Virus record (IMG/VR): IMGVR_UViG_3300005614_001084
Location: 64,001 to 128,000 of that record
DNA: 64,000 nucleotides
DNA from: a virus
Lineage: Duplodnaviria; Caudoviricetes
Reading direction: 5' to 3' (one strand)
In this document: one piece after another, positions 47,560-57,614 of the stretch
Numbering within the stretch: position 1 is the first letter of the stretch
How the letters are laid out: each line of letters opens with the position of its first letter
The notes under the pieces: model-generated
Told to the model about the DNA's origin: nothing
Databases searched by the model: none
Seen by the model: the letters and a program-made list of their open reading frames with translations, nothing else
Made by a program: the position numbers and the translations under genes

Positions 47560-47766
47560 ATCCCTCCTTCTCGATCAGGGTCTCTGATCGTGCACTTCAC
47601 CTTGACGGCGTCCATGTGCAGCTCGACTTCGAGCACCCACAGCTTACCGGCTTGCAAGACGATCGTGTCTCCCTTGACCGGGCGGTCCGGCAGCTCCACC
47701 CACATGCCCTCGGGGTTGCCCTCCCAGTACAACTTCACTCCGGCGAACGTTCGATAGCCCATAGAT

Positions 47767-47820
47767 CCTCCAAGATCTTATAGGGCAAAAGAAAAGAGGC
47801 GGTACCGAAGTACCGCCCCT
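47767..47820 (-). terminator. terminator plus CTATAAG promoter and SD
   Basis: GGCGGTAC-TTCG-GTACCGCC-TCTTTTCTTTTGCCCTATAAGATCTTGGAGG. Confidence 0.75.
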
Positions 47821-47842
47821 TTCCGAATCGAGCAGGAAGAGA

Positions 47843-48091
47843 TCAGGCCGGCGCTTCGCTGGCCTTCTTCGCCGCGGCCTTCTTCGTCGCCTTCTTGGCC
47901 GCCTTCGGCTTCGGCGCCTTCTTGGCCGCCTTCGGCTTCGCCGGGCCCTGGTACTTCGAGAGCGCGTGGTAGCGCGAGACGCCCATCATCAGGAGACGCT
48001 CCTTGGCCGCCTGCTCCGAGATGTCGTGCTTCTTCGCGTAGGCGCCGACGGTCTTCGCGACGTCGTCCTTGGTCAGCTCCTTCTTTCCCAT
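47843..48091 (-). CDS. small basic histone H1-like DNA-binding protein
   Basis: KPKAAKKA repeats (27-bp tandem repeat at 47888-47940); TTGACA-16-TAACTA promoter at 48166-48193. Confidence 0.65.
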   Translation of the reverse strand: MGKKELTKDDVAKTVGAYAKKHDISEQAAKERLLMMGVSRYHALSKYQGPAKPKAAKKAPKPKAAKKATKKAAAKKASEAPA

Positions 48092-48200
48092 GATCAGAAC
48101 CTTCTTTCGTTTGCTTGTCCGGACAGGGGCACCGCGCCCCCGATCTTCTAGCGGGGATCGGTGAGTAGTTACACACCCTGGATCGGGTGTCAAGGACAGA

Positions 48201-48566
48201 TCAGATATCCATCCCACCGTCGGTCACCAGCTCGCGAAACACCGCGATGGCGACCTGCTTGGTCGTGAAGTGGCGATACTCTTCGAGCATCTCCTCGTTG
48301 TCCGGCGGCAGTGATGCCACGAACATGGTCTCCAGATCGACCCACACGTCGGCGATACGACCCTCGGCCCAAGCTTCCAGCTCGGACACCGCCGAGACGT
48401 ACCCGGGCCAGTCGGAGAACTCGTGCGAGTCCTTGTAGTACTCCGCGCCCATGGGGCCGAAGTGTAGATCGAAGAGGGCGCAGAAGCGGAGGGACTTGGT
48501 GCGATCATCCATCTCTTCGATGAAGTGCTTCCGTACGGCCTCCTCCGCCTTGTCCTGCCGGTTCAC
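48201..48566 (-). CDS. hypothetical protein
   Basis: GAGGAG RBS. Confidence 0.55.
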   Translation of the reverse strand: MNRQDKAEEAVRKHFIEEMDDRTKSLRFCALFDLHFGPMGAEYYKDSHEFSDWPGYVSAVSELEAWAEGRIADVWVDLETMFVASLPPDNEEMLEEYRHFTTKQVAIAVFRELVTDGGMDI

Positions 48567-49102
48567 GGCTCCTCGTCGTTCTCGTCTTCTCCGATCTCGT
48601 CTTCCTCGTCGTCAGAAGAACCCTGGTTGTTCATGTCCTCGTCGTCGGCGAGAGCATCGACGTGGTCGCGGCAGTGCGCCCACAGTTCGGAGAACTCCAT
48701 CTCCTCGTCGACCTCACCGTCGAGAGCCTTGTCGATGTGCTTGAGCAGCTTCTCGCGGAACTTGTTGATCCTCATTCACCCCTCAGCATAGCCGCAGTAA
48801 GTTTGATCACCAACTCTTGCGGCGGCAGAGGCAGTGACAGGTCGGGAACCAGGATAGCGAAGCCGGAGATGTCGGCCTCGCCGGTCTTGTACAGGTCGAA
48901 CGACGCATGCACAACCACGAACTCCCGTGGAGGATCTTCGAGGAGCTGCACCGTGGCTCCGGCGAAGACGCGCTGGTAAGGGATGCGCTGGGTCAGCGAG
49001 AGGCAGGTCTCCTGGTCGAGCCTGAGCCGTGGAATGGCGACGAGTCGGTGCCCCCCGTACGCCTTCACCAGCCAGAGCGTGGTCCAGGCCAGCGCGGTGC
49101 CG

Positions 49103-49510
49103 TCACGTAGGAGTTCGAGCCGGCTCTGCTCGGGCATTCTCTTCCTGCATCTTCGTGATCCAGACACGTAGCGCTCGCGCCTCGGGCACTGTCATGCGAT
49201 GGCGAAGACTCGACTCTTGGTCCAGCGCCTCGACTATCTTGGCCGCCACGAGATCACCCAGCGTACCAGACATCTCGATGCGGTTCCGCTCTCCGTCCAT
49301 CTGACGCACGGAGATAAGCACGCCCGTGATCTTGCCACCGCTGCGCATGTAAGACATACGCGTACGGATCTTCGTGGCGTTCTCGATGTTGTCCTGCCAC
49401 GCCATGGCCGCAGCATCTTCGATGATGTCGACCAGCTCGTGGCCAGGAAACATCACACTCGGGCGATCTTTACCCTTGGCCTTCGTCACCCGATCGTACA
49501 GTTCTTTCAC
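49103..49510 (-). CDS. hypothetical protein
   Basis: Coupled ORF. Confidence 0.5.
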   Translation of the reverse strand: MKELYDRVTKAKGKDRPSVMFPGHELVDIIEDAAAMAWQDNIENATKIRTRMSYMRSGGKITGVLISVRQMDGERNRIEMSGTLGDLVAAKIVEALDQESSLRHRMTVPEARALRVWITKMQEENARAEPARTPT

Positions 49511-50656
49511 TTCTTACCTCTTGGGTCTCTTGCCCAGCCTTTCGGTGGCGGGGGTGGAGGTGGAGGGTCCGGGGCGTTCTGCGGCCGCATGTCCTCCTTC
49601 CCGCACCGAGGACAGCACGCGTCCTGCCCCATCCCCTGCGTCGGCAGGGGTTCGTTGATCGGCCACGGGTACGCTGGCATGTGGAGCATCCTGAATGCCC
49701 CACAGCTTCCGCACTTCAGCTTGAAGAGGAACCGGTAGTCCTGATCCTTCGGGTCCGACACCACTGCCACCTTTCAGGAGGCCACCTTCGAGGATGTAGG
49801 CTTCGAGCCAGTGCCCAGCCATCTGCTTCGCACGGTCGATGAGCTGAGTGATTTCTCGCTCAGCTTTCTCGGCCAACGTAAAACACGGCGTGCAGATGAG
49901 TATCTTGCCGAAGATCTTTGTTGAGGTCGCGCTCAACTCGTTTCCGCACGACATGCACCGCATCTGTGGTCTCCTTTGCCATCTCTACCACGAGACGCAG
50001 CCCAGCGGCGAGGTAAGGCCAGTTCGCGTAGTGATCCCGCCGAAAGACCGGGCGCTCCTTCGTGCCTACCACCGCATCTCGATCTATGCCGTAATACACC
50101 ACGAATGCCTGCGCTCGATCATAGACTTGATGACGCTCTGACTTCTCCTTCGACCCCTTGGGCCCTGTCTTGGGAGGAAGAAGTACGGACTGCTTGATCT
50201 CCTCGTACGTGATGCTCGGCGGAGGCGCGACGTCCGCATGGACGTACGTCAACCACTCCCGAAGACCCCAGGTGTCCGGCAGCTCGTCGAGGATGCGCCA
50301 CGCCATTCTCCACGCCTGCCAGTCGAAGGGATCAAACAGATCACCAGTACGAGGGATTGTCGAGGGCCAACTTGATAGCGATCGCATGCCACCTCGCCAT
50401 GATGAAGCCGGGGTACTCTTCGCCCGCCCAGGCGATCAATCGTCTGATCGCCGTCTCCACATGTTCGTTGTCACAGAAAAGAAGATCGAGATCGGTATAC
50501 CGAAGCTGCTCATCCATGTCGCTCCGTGAGGGCAGGAGGAAGCCCAGGGGTTTACCCATGGCCTCCAACCAGCCCTCACGGTCCACGTACAGCTCAGTCC
50601 ACCTTGCGGTGTAGTGAGCTACGAGGTGAGCGATCTGGATTGCTTCGGCGTCGAAC

Positions 50657-51211
50657 TCATCCGTATCGACGGACGACATCGTCCACCGACTTCAGAGCCG
50701 CGATGCCCATGTAGTGCACCGCCTCCGACTTCGACGCCTCCATGCCGGCACGGATGACCGTGGCGGCATCGTTGGCGTAGCCGAGATAGGCGTTGCGCCC
50801 CCAGCTCGGAGGATCGGTGATGAGGTCGGCGACGTTCGACCACTTGTCCGCGATCTTGATGATGCGGCCGGAGTCGTTCATCTGCTTCATGACGTCGGAT
50901 TGGTGCTTCGTCTTGGCGACGTAGTCGTCTCCGATGCTCTTCGGCAGTGTGAGCCACCCCACGATGAGAGCGACTTCCGGATCGAAGAACTTCTCGATCT
51001 CGGGGATCGTGACCGCGGTGTCCTCAACAGTGTCGTGCAGCAGGGCGCCGCAAAGCACCACCGGCGCCGTCACACCGAACGACTCCACACGCCGGGCGAC
51101 GTCCATCACGTGAGTGACGTAGGGCACGCCCTTGCCTCCGCGCTTCTGATTGGCGTGGGCGGTGGCGGCGAACTTCGCCGCCTCCCACACCGAGTTCCGA
51201 TCGACGCTCAT
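50657..51211 (-). CDS. HD-domain small alarmone hydrolase (SpoT/Mesh1-like)
   Basis: AHANQKR...PYVTH...ALLHDTVEDT...IKIADKWSN. Confidence 0.85.
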   Translation of the reverse strand: MSVDRNSVWEAAKFAATAHANQKRGGKGVPYVTHVMDVARRVESFGVTAPVVLCGALLHDTVEDTAVTIPEIEKFFDPEVALIVGWLTLPKSIGDDYVAKTKHQSDVMKQMNDSGRIIKIADKWSNVADLITDPPSWGRNAYLGYANDAATVIRAGMEASKSEAVHYMGIAALKSVDDVVRRYG

Positions 51212-51657
51212 TCCGCCGCGCTCGTCTTCTGCGGCGCCGCGGCCTCCGCACGAGCCACGGCACGGCCGAGCTGCTTCTCCAGGTTCGCGGTGAGCGCGCC
51301 CTTGGCCGACTTGATGGCGTTGTTGTGCGCCACCTTCGCCTCGGCCGACGCCTTCTGGAGCGCGATGATGAACTCCGTCACGCGCTCGTCCGGCATGTGG
51401 CTGGTCGGGATGAACTTCTCGTCCACCTCCCAGCCGATCTTGTAGCTGAACTTCACGCGGTCGACCCCGTTCTTGTGGTCGAAGCCGGCCGAAGCGATCT
51501 CGACCAGAACGGCGGCCTTACGGCGCGCCTTCTCCTTCACGTGCTCGGGGAGGTTGTCGGGGACCACGGGATCCGGCCCGGTGAAGACGGCGAGCGGCCT
51601 CCACTCCAGCGGCGGACGTTGCAGACGAGTGGCGTTGCTGCGGCTGTTGTTACCCAT
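51208..51657 (-). CDS. hypothetical protein
   Basis: ORF with typical codon usage. Confidence 0.55.
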   Translation of the reverse strand: MGNNSRSNATRLQRPPLEWRPLAVFTGPDPVVPDNLPEHVKEKARRKAAVLVEIASAGFDHKNGVDRVKFSYKIGWEVDEKFIPTSHMPDERVTEFIIALQKASAEAKVAHNNAIKSAKGALTANLEKQLGRAVARAEAAAPQKTSAAE

Positions 51658-51683
51658 GTTCTCTCTTTCGGTTCGTTGTTGGA

Positions 51684-52196
51684 TCAGCGCGGAATCTTCG
51701 GATAGGTACGAAGGAAGTGGTCGACGAGGGAGCCGGTCGTGCCCTCTTCCTTGGGGAAGGGCACGACCGGTCTGTTCGGGAACCTCGCCTCTCGCCCCTC
51801 GGGCGTAATGAGCGCATCCTCGGGCCGGTCGATCTTGAAGCTGAAGTGTGCCCGGAAGAACGGCACCTCGATCGCCATGAGGTAGCGGCGGTTCATGTCA
51901 CGGGCGAGGCGCTTCGCCGTGAGCCGACGATGGCGAGCGCGCTTCATCGCGACGAGCTGCTGAAGACCAGGAGCCTCCCGGTCCCCGAACCCGGTCAGCA
52001 GGCAGTTCTTCCAGTCGAGGCTCGCCGACCGAGCTTCGTGGGACGCCTTCTGGAGCGCCCGGCGCGCGTTGTCGATCTCGATGCGCTGACGCTCCGACCT
52101 TCGATGCTGCGCCGCCTCCGGTAGAACACCGCGATTCTGACGGCCGGTCTGCCTCATGTAGTCGTTTCTGAGGCGCTTGTATTGATCCCAGTCCAT
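51684..52196 (-). CDS. hypothetical basic protein
   Basis: CTATCAG box at 52211-52217 and GGAGG. Confidence 0.6.
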   Translation of the reverse strand: MDWDQYKRLRNDYMRQTGRQNRGVLPEAAQHRRSERQRIEIDNARRALQKASHEARSASLDWKNCLLTGFGDREAPGLQQLVAMKRARHRRLTAKRLARDMNRRYLMAIEVPFFRAHFSFKIDRPEDALITPEGREARFPNRPVVPFPKEEGTTGSLVDHFLRTYPKIPR

Positions 52197-52223
52197 GGTT
52201 CCTCCACGAACTGATAGCTGATC

Positions 52224-52991
52224 TCAACGCTTCTTCTTCGACTCTTCTCGGTCTTTCCGTAGCTGCGCCGTGATCTCAGGATACGCGATGTGGGGCGGAG
52301 GATTGTGCTTCCTGTAGTCGGCCTCGGTACCGAGACGATACGTCATGAACTTGCCGTCCCGGACTCCCGTGGCCACGATCCAGCCACCATTCCGCCACCG
52401 CGTCACATCGATCTTATGCTGACGGAAGTCAGCCAAGGTACAGTGCCCCTTCTCCTCGATGTAGAGAATCAGCTTGATGCTGCTCACCTTCCACGGAGAG
52501 ATGGTGCTGGGGCTCTTCACACCCGCTGGTGTCCAGATCACGGTATCGGGCTTCCACGCAGGAGCATCGTAGTACGTCCGAAAGGTCTCGGGGATGCTGC
52601 TGAGAAGGTGATCGACGCCCGGTCTGTGCTCCACCACCGCCCTACCCGTGGAATAGGACGTACGATCCTTGGAAGCGGAGAAGAGCACGATGTTGAGGCG
52701 GCGACACAGCGACGCAAACTCCTTGGTGGCGAACGGCACCAGCACGGCGTGGAAGTTCGGGCCTGCCTCGCCCCAGTCCTTCGGCATCGCCTGGAACAAC
52801 ACCTCGATGTTGCAGTGCACCTTCGCCTCTACTCCGATTTGATCTCCGGGACGCGTACCACGCGTCTGCACCCTGTCGGTAGCTACCAGAAGAAGATCGA
52901 AGCCAGTCTCCGGATACACCTCCCAGCCCTGCTCTCTGGCCCGAGCAACGAAGGCTTCGCAGAGCGCAGCTTCACTGTGATACAGCTTCAT
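52224..52991 (-). CDS. PD-(D/E)xK nuclease-like protein
   Basis: EAALC...VYPETGFDLLLV...IGVEAK. Confidence 0.55.
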   Translation of the reverse strand: MKLYHSEAALCEAFVARAREQGWEVYPETGFDLLLVATDRVQTRGTRPGDQIGVEAKVHCNIEVLFQAMPKDWGEAGPNFHAVLVPFATKEFASLCRRLNIVLFSASKDRTSYSTGRAVVEHRPGVDHLLSSIPETFRTYYDAPAWKPDTVIWTPAGVKSPSTISPWKVSSIKLILYIEEKGHCTLADFRQHKIDVTRWRNGGWIVATGVRDGKFMTYRLGTEADYRKHNPPPHIAYPEITAQLRKDREESKKKR

Positions 52992-53000
52992 AGATCAAAT

Positions 53001-53024
53001 GAAAAGGGCGGCCGAAGCCGCCCC
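53001..53024 (-). terminator. intrinsic terminator
   Basis: GGGCGGC-TTCG-GCCGCCC-TTTTC. Confidence 0.7.
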
Positions 53025-53037
53025 ATTCCTCCTTGGT

Positions 53038-53718
53038 TCAGTCCCTACATCGATCGGCCGTGTAGACCTGAACCCTACTCCCACCTGTCCCTGTCATCAT
53101 GACCGGTCGGTAGCACCGAACCGCATCCTGATCGAGAGCGTAGAAGTGATTGTTCAGTAGCACGAAGCCGTCGTCTACCACCGAGGCGATCACCCGCGGC
53201 ATCGGAATGCCTCGATGCGGGTTACCGTCGTCTGTCGAGCCCCAGTTCATCGCACCGGGCAACGGGTCGCGTAGCGCGCCGGTCTCGAACAGCGTGACGG
53301 TCTCTCTCGCATAGTCCCAGTCGTCGACCCAGTTCCTCCAATCCGTCTGCTCGGGATCCATGCCGGGGTTGGTCTCCATCGTTCCCCACGGCAACGCACG
53401 CACCCAAGTCTGGTGCGGCGAAGGGGACGACGTGCGGTGCACGGCACAATAGTCTCGAATCTGATCTTCGAAACTGTAGGTGGAACCGGGATGCATCCGC
53501 AGATACCGGCGCCACCTTCGCAAGAGCACGTAGGCCATGGCTGCGTGCTCGGTCCGGTTCCTCCACCGATTCTCCGCCACGTAGCACTGCCCGAGCGCGA
53601 GCCGCGTGGAGTCGTTCCACGAGATGCTGGGCTCCGTACTGGCCTGTGCCTGGGCCTCCACGAGCCCGCTGCAAGCCAGCACGCTTCCCACGATCAAGAA
53701 CCCTAGGATCAATCTCAT
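53038..53718 (-). CDS. secreted protein (signal peptide), lysine-free
   Basis: Signal MRLILGFLIVGSVLAC...AQA. Confidence 0.6.
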   Translation of the reverse strand: MRLILGFLIVGSVLACSGLVEAQAQASTEPSISWNDSTRLALGQCYVAENRWRNRTEHAAMAYVLLRRWRRYLRMHPGSTYSFEDQIRDYCAVHRTSSPSPHQTWVRALPWGTMETNPGMDPEQTDWRNWVDDWDYARETVTLFETGALRDPLPGAMNWGSTDDGNPHRGIPMPRVIASVVDDGFVLLNNHFYALDQDAVRCYRPVMMTGTGGSRVQVYTADRCRD

Positions 53719-53836
53719 CACCACTCTCCTTTTTCGATCTCAGCACCAATGCTGGGAACGCATGACGCCGTGAGGCATCGGAAGATGGGCACACCTTCCT
53801 ATGCCATCTGGATCCGTTTGTCCAGCCTACGGACGA

Positions 53837-54451
53837 TCAGTGTGTCCGCAAAGACACACCGGCGAGATTCTTTACGGGACGATGCCAGATCGTCTTTCCG
53901 TACTTCTCGATCGCTGCTTGATGCTCTGGAGTTCCGTAACCGGCGTTCAAGATCCACAGATATTCGGGATACAGAACACTCAGTTCAGCCATGCGATCGT
54001 TCCGCAAGGTCTTCGCCACGATGCTGGCCGCGCTCACCGCCGGAACGGTGGCATCAGCCTTCACCTGAAACTGTACTCGAACACCGGCCCGAAGAAGCTG
54101 ATCCTTCAGAGTCAGATCGACGTTGCCGTCTACGATGACTTCGGATTCCGCCCCAGACGGGAGTGCGCTCACCACGTGGATGATCGACGTGTACGCTGCT
54201 CGCCTCCACGCCTCTTTTTGCCCATGGCTCTTGATGTCCTGCACCTCGGCGAAGGCGCAGAACCCAACCACCGCTACCTCCACGATCTCATCCACCAGCT
54301 TGCGCCGCCGGTCGTCGGATAGAACCTTGGAGTCCTTCACGCCCCGCTGCCGAAGCTGCGCCTGGTCCTCGGCGTAAAGCGCCAGCGCGCACACCGTGAA
54401 GGGACCTGCCCAGGCTCCGGTGCCTGACTCATCTACGCCGATGACGATCAT
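53837..54451 (-). CDS. rnhB: ribonuclease HII
   Basis: GVDESGTGAWAGP, DSKVL, VDG, KAD, VSAASIVAK, GYGT and HR motifs. Confidence 0.92.
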   Translation of the reverse strand: MIVIGVDESGTGAWAGPFTVCALALYAEDQAQLRQRGVKDSKVLSDDRRRKLVDEIVEVAVVGFCAFAEVQDIKSHGQKEAWRRAAYTSIIHVVSALPSGAESEVIVDGNVDLTLKDQLLRAGVRVQFQVKADATVPAVSAASIVAKTLRNDRMAELSVLYPEYLWILNAGYGTPEHQAAIEKYGKTIWHRPVKNLAGVSLRTH

Positions 54452-54816
54452 CGGTGATCCGGGATCTCGACCGAGTACACCGACCAGAGGTCGAGCACCG
54501 CGTGTGACTTGATGTCGTCGCGCGGCTTGCCGACCCTGTACGGCAGAGCATGACCGAGGTTGGGCGCGATGAGCTGAACCTGCGGAAGCCTGGAGCAGGC
54601 ATAGGGGTCGAGGATGCAGGGCGTGCTGTCATCGTCCTGGATCACCAACCACGAGTGTTCGACCGGCCCGTAGTGACCGTCGTAGACCATCACGGTTAGG
54701 TGCGGCTCCGCACGTTCGAGAGCGCGCCGGGCCAGGCGCGCGATCTCGTGGCAGCGGATAGGCTCCTTGTCAACCAGATCGGGAAGAAGCTCAACGAGCC
54801 TCGCCACCACTCTCAT
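54448..54816 (-). CDS. hypothetical protein (transglutaminase-like C..H..D arrangement)
   Basis: RCHE...EHSW...ILDP. Confidence 0.4.
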   Translation of the reverse strand: MRVVARLVELLPDLVDKEPIRCHEIARLARRALERAEPHLTVMVYDGHYGPVEHSWLVIQDDDSTPCILDPYACSRLPQVQLIAPNLGHALPYRVGKPRDDIKSHAVLDLWSVYSVEIPDHR

Positions 54817-55175
54817 CGACCGGATATACGACAGGGGAAAGATCCGGCTCTCGCTGTAGCTCTGCATGATGAACTCCGTGTAGGTACCAGCCGGCCGCCA
54901 CACCGGCGTCGAAGATCGCGAAGGCGAGGACAAGAGTGGCGTAGCGTTTCAATCGCCTGACGTCGTGCTTGAAGCGGAACTCGATGTTCCGTGCTCGGTA
55001 CCAGCGACGCCACCACTCACGGGTGAAACGTCGCGGCGGCAGCTCGATGAACCGCTGGTACGCGAAGTGTTGTTCGATCTTGGCCATCGTCACGTTCATG
55101 GCCGCAATGTCTGCGGGCGTCCACGCGCGCACGGGCCCAGGGTAGCGATAGAACTGGGCGATGAACTCGTCCAGC

Positions 55176-55826
55176 TCAGCCTGTTCGATCTCCGTATCCA
55201 CGATCGGGGTCGTAGGGTTCACGTTGCACCTTCGGCAGCGTAGCTGCCTCCTTCATCATGGACACGAACCAGTGCGCCTGGATGCGCGCATCCTCGATCG
55301 CTATGTGTGGAAGATCGGTGTTCTGCTTCGGAAACCACTCCTTGGGCGAGCGCGAGCGCGAGGAGTCCGGGTAGTCGCGCCCGAGCAGCATCATGCTCAT
55401 CGTAGGCAGGTCGACTCCGCCGAGTCCGGCTTTGTTCTGCTCCGCCCACGCCGACCACTTCGCCCCGGCGAAGTCCATGAGGTAGCTGCGCAGGATCGGC
55501 ATGTCGTACGCCACGGGGTTGGCGACGAAGGCGATACGCTCGCCTTCGGCCGTGAAGTGCAGGATCCAATCCATGATCGCGTTCATACCCCACCACGGAT
55601 GCACGGGGTTGACGCGGCAGGCCTCGAAGACCTCCTTCGGCTGCGAATCCCACCACTGCCTGTAGTCGGGCTCCCAGATCCGCTTCTCCGGGATCCAGAG
55701 GTTGAAGCTCAGCTCACCCGCGCTCTCCCAGACACCGGAGCGGATGGCGACGGCGCCGAAGCTCAGCATCGGAGCGGTATCGGGCCTGCGCCCGCCGGTC
55801 TCCAGATCGAAGTTGAGATAGATCAT
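55176..55826 (-). CDS. DEDDh 3'-5' exonuclease
   Basis: DLETGG, AYDMP and HIAIEDA motifs. Confidence 0.85.
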   Translation of the reverse strand: MIYLNFDLETGGRRPDTAPMLSFGAVAIRSGVWESAGELSFNLWIPEKRIWEPDYRQWWDSQPKEVFEACRVNPVHPWWGMNAIMDWILHFTAEGERIAFVANPVAYDMPILRSYLMDFAGAKWSAWAEQNKAGLGGVDLPTMSMMLLGRDYPDSSRSRSPKEWFPKQNTDLPHIAIEDARIQAHWFVSMMKEAATLPKVQREPYDPDRGYGDRTG

Positions 55827-56036
55827 GTCGAGGCCTCCCGATACTTCGCATGCGCAAGATCAGCATGATGCTTACGCCAGTCAGTCGGATCTTCTCCGGC
55901 TTTCCACGCCCGGCGCAGCTCACGTTGCGGGTCGTACGGATACGAGTAGCCGTAGGCGAACACGTACCCTGGAGTGGTGGGCTCCACGCCTGCCGCGTAC
56001 GCCCACTCTTCCCAGGTCAGCCCCTCGACGTTGGTT

Positions 56037-56588
56037 CTAGAAGCGCTTGTTCCCATGACGGTAGGACCTCGTCTCGTTGAAGGTGTGCTTCATGCGCGTC
56101 AGCTCTCGTACGTCGTAGCCCATGGCGTACAACAGATCACAAGCGCGGATGACTGCGTCGATGACCTCGATACCGAAGCCAAGCGGCTTCGACTTGCGGC
56201 ACAGCGCCACCACCAGGGCGCCCCGCAACGCCCAACGCTCGATGCTGGTGGGATCGGAAGCGTCGCCTTGAAGCCCGAGATACGCGATGAGGCTGGACAG
56301 CTTCTCGTTCGCGTTCTCGGACTTCAGGTACGCGGCGTCGAGCAGCGCCTCCAACTCTTTGAGGTGAAGGGTGCCCCACCCCTCCAGCTCCCACCTCGTG
56401 TCCCACCGGTTGTAGCAAGCTTCCGCAGTAGCTTCGCCGATCTCCGTGACGATCATCAGAAGCTTGGTCGGCACCACCGCCTTCACAAGCTCGACGCGCA
56501 AGATGCCGTCGATGATCTCGTCTTTCCACCACCCCTTGTCCACCGCGACTCGATGGATCTCCTTCGACCAGTCCGTGATCTGATTCAT
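56037..56588 (-). CDS. MazG-like nucleotide pyrophosphohydrolase with internal insertion
   Basis: KLLMIVTEIGEA...EVIDAVIRACD...KHTFNETRSYRHGNK. Confidence 0.7.
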   Translation of the reverse strand: MNQITDWSKEIHRVAVDKGWWKDEIIDGILRVELVKAVVPTKLLMIVTEIGEATAEACYNRWDTRWELEGWGTLHLKELEALLDAAYLKSENANEKLSSLIAYLGLQGDASDPTSIERWALRGALVVALCRKSKPLGFGIEVIDAVIRACDLLYAMGYDVRELTRMKHTFNETRSYRHGNKRF

Positions 56589-56992
56589 ACCGCCTCCATC
56601 AACGCCGCGACGACACGGCGGAAGTCGTTCTCGTTGTCGAGGCAGCAGCTCTCCACCGAGTAGAGCGCGCGCTCGATCCTCGCCTTCTTCTCTTCCGTGG
56701 CTTTCCCGGTGAGCGGGTCCTGATCACCCAGAACCTCGACGAGTCCGACCGTCCCGTCCGGCTCCACGCGAAGCGTGGCGTCGGGGTTGTTGTCGTAGTT
56801 CTCGGACGGCTCGACGGCGATGTCGATGTGCGTGGGCTGAGCCTCGGTGTCGATGCTCCACGTCGGGACCTCACACGCCACGGCGTGGATGTCGCCGAGC
56901 CTCTCCTTCACCGTCTCGTGGTCCGGTGCCTGCACATCCAGGATGATCTCTTCCTTGATGTAGTGGGACAGGGTGACGCGAAAGCTGCTCAT
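56585..56992 (-). CDS. hypothetical protein
   Basis: GAGGAGG RBS. Confidence 0.55.
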   Translation of the reverse strand: MSSFRVTLSHYIKEEIILDVQAPDHETVKERLGDIHAVACEVPTWSIDTEAQPTHIDIAVEPSENYDNNPDATLRVEPDGTVGLVEVLGDQDPLTGKATEEKKARIERALYSVESCCLDNENDFRRVVAALMEAV

Positions 56993-57546
56993 GGTTCCTC
57001 CTCGAACAGATTGATCAAACGATGTGCCGCCGCATCACCACGGGGCGACTTCGGGAAGATGTCGAAGAACTCTCGACACCAGCGCTCGGCCCGGACTGCC
57101 TGGGGCGTACGTCGATTGCTGATCGGATCGAGCAGCCCGATACGACCGTCGTTCGGCGTCTCGAACCCGTACCCAGCGATCTCCAAGGAGTGCCAGAAAT
57201 CATCAACTACGATGTCTACACCGAGGCGGCGCAGTACTTCAATCGTGACCGCGAAGGTCTCGACCTCGTTCAGCTTCTGGTGGTACTCGGGCGTGCGCTG
57301 CATCAGAGCGGTGAGCTTCTCCATGCAGTCGTGGTCGTGAACGTCGATCCCGAGCAGCGTGCAGTGCGCCAGCTCGTGAATGATGTGCTCGACATCCATG
57401 AGGCGGAAGTCCTCCATGGCGACCAGCCCGTCGTCTCCCAGAAGCGCGATCCCCCTGGGCTCGGCAAACGGCGCGATCTTATCGTGCAGGCGCTGAATCT
57501 TCTCTTCGTGTAGACGCTTGATCTCCTCAACTTCCTCTTCAATCAC
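56989..57546 (-). CDS. HExxH (zincin-like) protein
   Basis: IIHELAHCTLLG...NEVETFAV; TTTGCCTATCAG promoter and GGAGG. Confidence 0.55.
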   Translation of the reverse strand: MIEEEVEEIKRLHEEKIQRLHDKIAPFAEPRGIALLGDDGLVAMEDFRLMDVEHIIHELAHCTLLGIDVHDHDCMEKLTALMQRTPEYHQKLNEVETFAVTIEVLRRLGVDIVVDDFWHSLEIAGYGFETPNDGRIGLLDPISNRRTPQAVRAERWCREFFDIFPKSPRGDAAAHRLINLFEEEP

Positions 57547-57614
57547 AAGGCCTCCTCTGGCTGATAGGCAAAGAGCACGGGTGGATCACCCGTGCCCCAC
57601 CTACATCCTGATCT

